A DNA stretch of 64,000 bases from positions 62,001 through 126,000 of the forward strand of contig NIVC01000084.1 of NCBI GenBank assembly GCA_002269645.1, read 5' to 3'. The DNA is from Macrostomum lignano (Eukaryota). The notes under the pieces are model-generated. The model did not search any database, was not told where the DNA came from, and saw only the letters and a program-made list of their open reading frames with translations. A program made the translations under genes and the position numbers. Positions 1-10,103 of this stretch are shown here, piece after piece (positions within the stretch are counted from its first letter, which is position 1; the number at the start of each line of letters is the position of its first letter).

Positions 1-704
1 GATCCGCCGCCTGCACCGAAAGTGCGACCTGAGGCTCAGGTACGTCTCTCTTTGAGGTGGTGTGAATTAAAAGACGTATTAAACCATACCTATGTAGGTA
101 CGTGCACTTTTCGGAAGTGAGGCTTTGGTAGAAATTGCAGTTCCCTAGCAACAGATTAGACGGGCCAAATGCAAATTCTCAAATGGGCCTGCTGGGATGC
201 TAATGCTCAAATGAGTTGATGTGATGCCAATGCTCAAGTGAGTTGATCGATGTGATGCCAATGCTCAAGTGAGTTGATCGATGTGATGCCAATGCTCAAA
301 TGAGTTGATGTGATTCCAATGCTTAAATGAGGGCTGTTTAGATCCGAAAGTTCTACTAGAAAAATGTTCGAGTCAAAAATCTATTTTACATGTAAAAATA
401 TACATTATACAATTGAGTCTAAATAAAGTTTTTGTCTCAAAAGGTTTTGCGTGGAAATTTTCGCAAAGTTTTCTTTCCTTTGTATCACACGCAGGAGTAC
501 GCCAACAGGGAGCGAGCAGTGGTGACAAAGAACCTTCTGCAGAAGTACGGCCAGTTGCCATCGGACTTGCCGCCGAAGCCGCACGTGCCACCGCAGGCGT
601 GGAACACGGCCTATAGATCGAGGGGCAGCGCCATGAAGGACTGCATCAATCCAAGCAAGCCGAGGCGAGTCCGGCGACACAGGAGGCCCGTTTCCGCGCA
701 CTGA
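1..704 (+). CDS. 3' end of an unidentified gene (partial; exons 1-39 and 495-704)
   Basis: Frame 1-39 (DPPPAPKVRPEAQ) ends at a CAG|GTACGT donor. An acceptor CACGCAG| at 494 resumes in phase 0 (EYANRERAVVTKNLLQKYGQLP...RRPVSAH*). No family recognised. Confidence 0.55.
198..332. repeat. Intronic 27-31 bp tandem repeat (TGATGCCAATGCTCAARTGAGTTGAT...)
   Basis: About 4-5 adjacent copies are visible. Confidence 0.8.
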
Positions 705-865
705 GCTGCGTTGGGATTCTAAGAAACGAGCTCCGTTTCTGTTTTTGATTAAACACGCGTGCATTGACAGCTAAATGGCTATGACGCTTTTATACTGCTT
801 GCAGCGAGCGTAATAACAGGCAGACATATTAATCATCAAAGTTTGAATATGTATAACTGATTTGA

Positions 866-1148
866 GGGGTTCGAGCCTGGTGGTTGGGGCGTCGGACTCA
901 CGACTGAAAGGTCGGGTGTTCGATTCTCGGAACAAATTGTATATTTGAGAAAGACAATTCAGTTCACCCAGCTGTAAAATTAGCATTATCTGGGGTAATT
1001 GAGGGTGTGTGTGGCAACCCCCCCTCAGTCCTTGGACTGAACAGCCGTACGCAGCCTTCAGATGCGCCGCGCAATAGCTGTGGCTGAGCTGTCGGTTGCA
1101 CATCTGCCTATTAGGGCAGGTGTAATCAATTGTTATATTTATTACCAA
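866..1148 (+). mobile_element. SINE family 1 (tRNA-derived head, CORE-like middle), copy with internal deletion
   Basis: A-box/B-box-like head (GGGGTTCGAGCCTGGTGGTT...GTTCGATTCTC) and body matching copies at 18037 and 44355. Confidence 0.85.
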
Positions 1149-1846
1149 TTAATTTGAACTATTGACACATTTTGTGATCTAATTTATTCCCCAAATGATT
1201 AGATTTTCATTCTGGCTGAACGACATCAAGTCGGGACTTTCGGGATGCTAAAGGAAATTCGATGTCACTATATTAACTACTGCAAGTATAATATATGTAT
1301 TCTTTAATAGCATCAGATACGTCAGTAAAAGACCACTTAATATAGATTGTTTTTTAATCATTTTAACTAGTTTACAGTTGTTTTTGTGCCTTAGTTTTTT
1401 TCCTGCTCCGTCCGACCTTTTTAAAAATCCTCTTTACTAAAGAATGCTATTTGATTTTATTTAACTACAATTAACAAACTGGGTAACTTATTTTGTCATT
1501 TCTACTGTCAGAGTAGGTCTACCAAGGGGCTACGTTGGTTGACACTGTTTTTTTATGGCTTTAAATCCTTTATTTGCCCCCTCCTGCACTTTTGTCGGAA
1601 CCAAAACAACTCCGTCATATCCTTCATTGTTTAAATGTCTGCTTGTCGTGTCAGAAAATATATACATACGAGCTACATGTATGCTAATTTTATGTACACT
1701 GTAGCACACCCGTTATTAAATATTTGAACTGAGTACGTTGACCCGCGGCAGTTAGGTGACAAAACATAATCCTTTATTTTTAAGCATATGCGTATATTAG
1801 CTGCTAACCGCAACCAAATCGGCTTAATTTTCATGTGCTATGTGAA

Positions 1847-2207
1847 GGGGGCCGTAGCCCAGCGGTCTAGCGCAGGCTCTGGTGTGCCAGCGACCCAGGC
1901 TCGATTCCAAGTGCAGTCACATTAATTTGGGGCTGATTTGAAATCTCGGCTTGGCTCTGCTCGTGCAATTAGCGGCCTTGAGAGCCAACCCCCCAAGGCA
2001 TAGTGAAGTGTACATGCCTAACGATAAAATAAAGTTAGGGCCGCTGTGCACTCCTGTGTGAGTGTGTGCCTGCGTACGTATCCGCGCGCTTGTGTGCCTG
2101 CTCAGGGGAGTCGGCGGAATGGGCAGTAATGCCTCTCGCCGGTTGTGTGCCTATGTCGCTTAAAGTGCGCCAGGGTGCACACAACCCCCCTGCCTCTAAT
2201 AAAAAAA
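1847..2207 (+). mobile_element. SINE family 2, full-length copy with 15-bp TSD
   Basis: tRNA-like head GGGGGCCGTAGCCCAGCGGTCTAGCGC...GCTCGATTCC and A-rich tail. Flanked by CATGTGCTATGTGAA (1832-1846) and CATGTGCTAGGTGAA (2208-2222). Confidence 0.85.
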
Positions 2208-2983
2208 CATGTGCTAGGTGAACTTGCTGGACTTGATAAGAAAGCAGTTCTTAAAATGCAAGCGTTTTAACAGCTTTAGTATCGGCAATTGGATAAAATA
2301 GCTGCTTGATTAAGTAGACAAGTATAAATGTATTTAGCTCACGGTTGTTGCAAGGTTGCTGCATATCGGTAGAGTGCACATTAGTTTTAACTGCTTTCCC
2401 GTTAATCTGTCGGAATAAATCCCGAAGGGAATAGCTTTGTTTAATTTTAATTTTGGACGACCAATTCAGAGAGGAAAAATTTTATTAGATTTTTTACGGG
2501 ATATTGTAGAGATCGAACAAGCTTACAAAACTCCCTTAGGACTTTCGATTCCGGAAATTATTTCCTGACGAAGTAAACCATTTTATCATCAAGCTTTTTG
2601 TGCAAGTGCACATTTGACATGTATATTTCCTACGCATTTCTGTAAAGAATTAACAATGAGCAAGACACAACGACCACTTATTGTCTTAGCAAAGAATTCA
2701 CAGCAACAACCGTACTCAACTCTTTCTTGCTTCTAAGCCCAGTAACATTCAGGCATAACAGCAATCGATTCTCTTGCATACGGTTCAGGGTTAAGCATGG
2801 TTAAGCTAACATAGCGCCGAGCTTAAGCCAAATATATCGATTCAAACGTTTCTGTCATTGAACTCGAAGGGAAACAGCGTGGACGCGCAGAAACGGCGTA
2901 TAAAGCTACGCTCTTTACCGCGACTGATCTGCCAGCGCCACCTACCAGGTTAAACAGTGCAGATCCTCCAATAGTGTCCGAGA

Positions 2984-3349
2984 ATGTCCACGGGTGAACA
3001 AGCGGCCGCGAGCGACAATTCAAATTCGAAAATCAAAAAGCGATTGGAGCTGGTCAGCTGGATGGCCGTGGCGCTCATCTTGGCTGGACTCATCGTGGCG
3101 GTTGTTGGCTTTGCTGTGCCCACTCACTATGAAGAGCTGGATAACCTCACTGCCAGACAGAATGAGCGCAATGTTATTTACTATTATCAGCTGAGAAAAA
3201 AGATGATCAACTGCGTCATGGCTGGAATCGTGCTGCTGACGCTGGGTTCAATTGTTCTGTCTTCGGCGCTATCAACCAATTTGGCTTTGCCGTACTGCAA
3301 CTGCACCGGGACGGCTGCTGCGGACAAAAAACCAGCTGCTGATGGCTGA
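2984..3349 (+). CDS. TMEM74/neurensin-family two-transmembrane protein
   Basis: 121-aa ORF with two hydrophobic helices. The loop LTARQNER...CVMAGIVLLTLGSIVLS resembles the TMEM74 segment AREMERLE...CVIAGLCLLTLGGVILS (recalled, not searched). Confidence 0.7.
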   Translation: MSTGEQAAASDNSNSKIKKRLELVSWMAVALILAGLIVAVVGFAVPTHYEELDNLTARQNERNVIYYYQLRKKMINCVMAGIVLLTLGSIVLSSALSTNLALPYCNCTGTAAADKKPAADG

Positions 3350-3611
3350 TGCATACGAAAGACTACTAGACTTGTATGTACTACTAAAGTAAAAGGACGT
3401 TATTTATACGGTTGCAGATCGTGCAGCTTGCACACACTCATGAGGGTCAACCACCCAAGCACAGAGAGCTAGTGTTGATGCCTGACGTGCCAGGCTGAGT
3501 ACAGCACTGGCGCGCTTGTCTGTGCTCAGGTGTCAGCGGGATGGGCTGAGTTGCCTCAGCGCTGGCTGTGGGCGATGGCGAATTATTATAATTGGCAGGA
3601 ACAACTGAAAT

Positions 3612-4601
3612 TTGTTAGAGACAAGGGACCGTGTGCCCTGCCACGCAATCGGCGAGAGGAATTACTGTCTATTGCATATTCAGCCGACTCGGGTGCACGA
3701 CAATTGACTGCCACAATTAGACTGCCACAATTGACTGCCACAATTTGACTGCCACAATTTGACTGCCACAATTGACTGCCACAATTTGACTGCCACAATT
3801 GACTGCCACAATTTGACTGCCACAATTTGACTGCCACAATTTGACTGCCACAATTTGACTGCCACAATTGACTGCCACAATTTGACTGCGGACAAAATGA
3901 CTGCGGCAATTTGACTGCGGACTGAATGACTGCCAAAAATGACTGCCAAGAAAACACTCCAAGCTCTTTATTCATGATCGTATTTATGCAAGGCTAGAAA
4001 GGCTTTTACATGAGCAAAAATGCAAGCTACATTTGGCTTTCTTATTAGGCGCCTGGTCAAAGCTAAAGTTAATGATACGCTAGCGCGCGGCTAGCTCTAT
4101 AAACAGCATTCACATGAATAAACAGCATTCACATGAATAAACAGCATTCATTGAACACAGATACATGTGCAGGATCCGTTTGAACATTAGTAGATATGCA
4201 TGCACGTATTGTTGAAAGCCAAATGTAGCTTGCATTTTTGCTCATGTGAAAGCCTTGCTAGCCTTGCATAAATATGATCATGAATAAAGAGCTTGGAGTG
4301 TTTTTTGGCAGTCATTTTTGGCAGTCATTTTGTCCGCAGTAAAATTGTCCGCAGTCAAACTGACCAAAGTCAAATTGTGGCAGTCAATTGTCGTAGACCC
4401 AGCCGACTCGCCTGAGCAGGCACACAAGCTCGTGGACACGTACACAGGAGTGTACAACGGCCCTAACTTTATTTTATCATAGGCATGTACACTTCACTGT
4501 ACTTTGGGGGTTGGCCCTCAAAGACGGTAATTTATCGAGCAGACCCAAGCCGAGATTCCAATTCAGGCCCAAATTAATTTGACTGCACTTGAAATCGAGC
4601 C
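3612..4601 (-). mobile_element. SINE family 2 copy, interrupted by a foldback transposon
   Basis: 3612-3690 and 4401-4601 are the reverse complement of contiguous parts of the 1847-2207 SINE. Confidence 0.75.
3691..4400. mobile_element. Non-autonomous foldback DNA transposon (Mutator/MULE-like), 9-bp TSD
   Basis: TSD AGCCGACTC at 3682-3690 and 4401-4409. Termini GGGTGCACGACAATTG / CAATTGTCGTAGACCC. Long inverted arms contain 13-14 bp (AATTTGACTGCCAC) arrays. Confidence 0.85.
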
Positions 4602-5227
4602 CTCCTGGAGTTTCGATGTCCGGAAGGCTAATGCGAAACCGGCTTTCATAGAATAGCGTCCTTCTACTTTAGTTGTCAAAACACGCGTGTTTTGAAAAAT
4701 ACGAGTATCTGTCCTGCAGTAGATTAACGATGATTTAGACTGGCATTGGCCATTAGTTGTTTTTTTTCTACAGAAAGCAATGTATCAGATAAAGCGGTTC
4801 TCGGCATGTTTGGGGGGAGCTTTTTTGTCAGCGTAGCGTCTTGAAGATTATATTACGTATATTTCATGGTATCAGACATTGACCGCATTAATGTTCAGCT
4901 GCAGTACATAATGCATGTATGCATTACTGAATAATAAATACGGACAATGTACCTTTAATTTCAGTCAAAACTATACGTATTTATTGCACCTTATGTAACG
5001 CTCTCCTACCTAATGTACTGAAAGCGTTTTTTCTTAATGTTATATTTTAAATTTAAACTGATATAAAGGCTTCGAAACTTTTGAATCACCTTTCCCAATT
5101 TGAATTGAATTATTCGACTTTTTAAGCTCAAAAAGACGAGCTTTCTATGCAGACAAACCTGCTATTTCATTGTGACTGTCATATCTTTTCATCGTTGGAA
5201 GGTAGGGCTTTTTATACGAATCTCCCT

Positions 5228-5870
5228 TTCTCGCCTCCCCTCCCACTCTACCTCATTTTATCGCGCTCTCCTTCCCTCCCTCTTTTCCCTTTCCCTCCCT
5301 CCCTCCTTCTCTCCCTCTCTCCCTCTCTCCCTCTCTCCCTCTCTCCCTCTCTCCCTCTCTCCCTCACTCCCTCCCTCCCTCCTTCTCTCCCTCTCTCCCT
5401 CTCTCCCTCTCTCCCTCTCTCCCTCTTTCCCTCTCTCTATCTCTCCATCTCACTCTCTGCCTTGCTCCCTCTCTCCCTCTCTCCCTCTCTCCCTCTCTCC
5501 CTCTTTCCCTCTCTCTATCTCTCCATCTCACTCTCTGCCTTGCTCCCTCACTCCCTCACTTCCTCCTTCTCTCCCTCTCTCCCTCTCTCCCTCTCTCCCT
5601 CTCTCCCTCTCTCCCTCTCTCCCTCTCTCCCTCTCTCTATCTCTCCATCTCACTCTCTGCCTTTCTCCCTTTCTCCCTCACTCCCTCCTTCTCTCCACTT
5701 CTCGTTCTCTCCCTCTCTCCCTCTCTCCCTCTCTCCCTCTCTCCCTCTCTCCCTCTCTCCCTCTCCCCTCTCTCCCTCTCTCCCTCTCTCCCTCTCTCCC
5801 TCTCTCTATCTCTCCATCTCACTCTCTGCCTTGCTCCCTCTCTCCCTCACTCCCTCCTTTTCTCCTTTTT
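5228..5870. repeat. CT-rich low-complexity repeat (CTCTCC-based)
   Basis: Pure pyrimidine tract. The ORFs here are S/L/P artefacts. Confidence 0.9.
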
Positions 5871-6384
5871 ACTAGTTTTAGCTTTTTACTAGTGTAGCCG
5901 GGCCAATTTCTTTGCCAATCTGTGTCTGCACCGCTTGAAAGCAGCAGGTGCAGACACAGAAGAAGAAATCTTGTTACCTGCTTCTTGAACTGGTAGGCGC
6001 CAGAATTTACACCAATTATCATGCCAGACAACTGCCGCCTTAGTTACGAGTGTGTGTATACCTGTACATGCAGGTACTGCCGCGGGACTGACAGTAAAGA
6101 AATTCAATTAGTAGTAGGGAGGGGGGAGCGTTTGGTTTCGGGGGTGCAAAAAGCCCAAATTGTGGACTTTTCAGCTTTCCAACAAGCTCGAAGGTTGCCT
6201 ACAAATACAACTACACGGCTTGGAAGTCAATTTTACTGCTATTAGCCATTTTCAGCTGCAGTTAAAAACTCTTTTTGATTAGAGCTCTATTAAAAACATT
6301 TGTTATATTCGTTTAGCAATTTGATCCGGGCTAAACACCGTTAATTTTTCATACTGCGTGCATGCACTAGTAATTTTTGAAGCG

Positions 6385-8235
6385 CCAAAGACGGGGGCGC
6401 CGACTAAGAGACAGGGGCGCCGACTAAGAGACAGGGGCGCCGACTAAGAGACAGGGGCGCCGACTAAGAGACAGGGGCGCCGACTAAGAGACAGGAGCAC
6501 CGACTAAGAGACAGGAGCGCCGACTAAGAGACAGGGGCGCCGACTAAGAGACAGGGGCGCCGACTAAGAGACAGGGGCGCCGACTAAGAGACAGGGGCGC
6601 CGACTAAGAGACAGGGGCGCCGACTAAGAGACAGGGGCGCCGACTAAGAGACAGGGGCGCCGACTAAGAGACAGGGGCGCCGACTAAGAGACAGGAGCGC
6701 CGACTAAGAGACAGGGGCGCCGACTAAGAGACAGGGGCGCCGACTAAGAGACAGGGGCGCCGACTAAGAGACAGGGGCGCCGACTAAGAGACAGGGGCGC
6801 CGACTAAGAGACAGGAGCGCCGACTAAGAGACAGGGGCGCTAATCAAGAGACAGGGGCCCCAATCAAGAGACAGGGGCGCCAACCAGGAGACAGGGGCGC
6901 CGACTAAGAGACAGGGGCGCCGACTAAGAGACAGGGGCGCCGACTAAGAGACAGGGGCGCCGACTAAGAGACAGGGGCGCCGACTAAGAGACAGGGGCGC
7001 CGACCAAGAGACAGGGGCGCCCACCAAGAAACAGGGGCGCCCACCGAGAGACAGGGACGCCAACCAAGAGACAGGGACGCCAATCAAGAGACAGGGGCGC
7101 CCATCAAAAGACAGGGGCGCCCATCAAGAGACAGGGGCGCCCATCAAGAGACAGGGGCGTCCATCAAGAGACAGGGGCGCCCATAAAGAGACAGGGGCGC
7201 CCATCAAGAGACAGGGGCGCCAACCAAGAGACAGGGGCGCCCATCAAGAGACAGGGGCGCTAATCAAGAGACAGGGGCGCCAAGCAAGAGACAGGGGCGC
7301 TAATCAAGAGACAGGGGCCCCAATCAAGAGACAGGGGCGCCAACCAGGAGACAGGGGCGCCCATCAAGAGACAGGGGCGCCCACCAAGAGACAGGGGCGC
7401 CTACCAAGAGACAGGGGCGCCCATCAAGAGACAGGGGCGCCTACCAAGAGACAGGGGCGCCCAAAAAGAGACAGGGGCGCCCATCAAGAGACAGGGACGC
7501 CCAAAAAGAGACAGGGGCGCCTACCAAGAGACAGGGGCGCCCATTAATAGACAGGGGCGCCCATCAAGAGACAGGGGCGCCGACCAAGAGACAGGGGCGC
7601 CCAAAAAGAGACAGGGGCGCCGACCAAGAGACAGGGGCGCCTAAAAAGAGACAGGGGCGCCTAAAAAGAGACAGGGGCGCCTAAAAAGAGACAGGGGCGC
7701 CCAAAAAGAGACAGGGGCGCCCAATAAAAAGAGACAGGGCGCCTACCAAGAGACAGGGGCGCCCATCAAGAGACAGGGGCGCCAACCAAGAGACAGGGAC
7801 GCCCAAAAAGAGACAGGGGCGCCTACCAAGAGACAGGGGCGCCCATCAAGAGACAGGGGCGCCCATCAAGAGACAGGGGCGCCTACCAAGAGACAGGGGC
7901 GCCCAAAAAGAGACAGGGGCGCCTACCAAGAGACAGGGGCGCCCATAAAGAGACAGGGGCGCCCATCAAGAGACAGGGGCGCCAACCAAGAGACAGGGGC
8001 GCCCATCAAGAGACAGGGGCGCCCATCAAGAGACAGGGGCGCCCATCAAGAGACAGGGGCGCCCATCAAGAGACAGGGGCGCCCATCAAGAGACAGGGGC
8101 GCCCATCAAGAGACAGGGGCGTCCATCAAGAGACAGGGGCGCCCATAAAGAGACAGGGGCGCCCATCAAGAGACAGGGGCGCCAACCAAGAGACAGGGGC
8201 GCCAATCAAGAGACAGGGGCGCCAATCAAGAGACA
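6385..8235. repeat. 20-bp minisatellite (AAGAGACAGGGGCGCCGACT and variants), ~90 copies
   Basis: Period 20, seen as columns aligning across lines. No spacers. Confidence 0.95.
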
Positions 8236-8854
8236 CACCGAATTCATATGTACGCCACATGCAGAATTCAAAGGTTTATCTAAATCGATATCGGTGTCAT
8301 GGTTCTGCAGAATTGCATTCAGTGCTCCATAGCAGCTGTGTCAGCTTTGAAACAATTCTCAACCCGACCCGAACTAAGCAAAATCTCAGTACAAGATGTC
8401 CATCTGCAGCAGGCAATCGGTGTCGCCAGGCTATCAGGGTTGGCTTAGCCGCGATCAAAAAAATTGTAAGAGAAGAAAAAGCAGCAGCATTGGGAAAGCA
8501 ACAAGAGCTAAAACTGTCTGAAAAGTTTTGCCGCAAGAAAAAGCCAGATTGACCTCTCGAGACATCTGGCACAGCCCATACAGCAAAGAGGCACAAGATC
8601 CAAGGATTGGGGAAATGCAGCCTCTATAGATAGGGCCGTGATTCCAGAAAACCAACAGCTTCAACTTCCGAAAGAATCACGCCTGACCGGCGCATTGTGC
8701 GGACACTCGGTGCAAATAGAAACAGGGGCTCGATAGAATTTATCGGCTAGCGAGATCACTGCTTCGATAGAGAGAGGTTCTTATGCATCTATTGACTGCG
8801 AAGCAGGCCCACATTAGCAATTACCGTGCGACTGACAGCCCAGTAGGAATATTC

Positions 8855-9640
8855 TAGTTTAGTCTAATCTAGTCTAGTCTAATCTACTAGTAGTTCAGTC
8901 TAATCTAGTCTAATCTAGTTTAGTCTAATCTAGTCTAATCTAGTCTAGTCTAATCTAGTCTAGTCTAATCTAGTCTAGTCTAATCTAGTCTAGTCTAATC
9001 TAGTCTAGTCTAATCTACTAGTAGTTCAGTCTAATCTAGTCTAATCTAGTTTAGTCTAATCTAGTCTAATCTAGTCTAGTCTAATCTAGTCTAGTCTAAT
9101 CTAGTCTATTCTAGTCTAGTCTAATCTAGTTTAGTCTAATCTAGTCTAATCTAGTCTAGTCTAATCTAGTCTAATCTAGTCTAGTCTAATCTAGTCTAGT
9201 CTAATCTAGTCTAATCTAGTCTAGTCTAATCTAGTCTAGTCTAATCTAGTCTAGTCTAGTCTAGTCTAATCTAATCTAATCTAATCTAATCTTAAATCTA
9301 GTCTAATCTAGTCTAATCTAGTCTAGTCTAATCTAATCTAGTCTAATCTAATCTAGTCTAATCTAGTCTAATCTAGTCTAATCTAGTCTAATCTAGTCTA
9401 ATCTAATCTAGTCTAGTCTAATCTATTCTAGTCTAGTCTAGTCTAATCTAGTCTTGTCTAATCTAGTCTTGTCTAATCTAGTCTAATCTAGTCTAATCTA
9501 GTCTAATCTAGTTTAGAACTAGAACTAGAACTAGACTAGACTAGAACTCGTGCATTTATAAAACTCGTGCATCTATAAAACTCGTGCATCTATAAACAAT
9601 CTAGTCTAGTCTAATCTAGTCTAATCTAGTCTAGTCTAAT
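8855..9640. repeat. Pentanucleotide satellite (TCTAG/TCTAA mix)
   Basis: Directly visible. Confidence 0.9.
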
Positions 9641-9852
<212 letters not shown>

Positions 9853-10103
9853 CTATGTATCTGTTCTGTGTCTCAGTGTCTCTAGGAAACCTATCTAGAG
9901 AGATAAATCCCTTTTCAAGATCCTGTGGTTGACTTTTTTGATGCCTTACACCGCCAGGCCAGGATTGGCTGCGTCCCGCACTGCAAAACCGGCTTACAGA
10001 CAAGCTATGCTGCATATAAGACTTCTTCCAACCCCGGCTGAAACAAAGCTTTTTCTCGCCAGTAGTTTAAGCATAATCAGCAGTCTGCAATTCAAACTCC
10101 AAA

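Noticed and set aside
2060-2130. HDV-like ribozyme in SINE2 (GGCGGAATGGGCA resembles the J4/2-P2 end)
   Set aside because: I could not build P1 or a UCC-type L3/P1.1, so the nested pseudoknot does not close.
6385-8235. CRISPR-like regular repeats (also 45231-47075, 50290-52185, 54790-55930, 58995-59935)
   Set aside because: Units are head-to-tail with no unique spacers, there are no cas genes, and the context is eukaryotic introns.
8259-8664. ORFs upstream of the iGluR (also 27534-27752, 28340-28742, 31787-32825, 60605-61132 + strand)
   Set aside because: No recognisable domains, no coding-like GC3 bias and no consistent splice partners.
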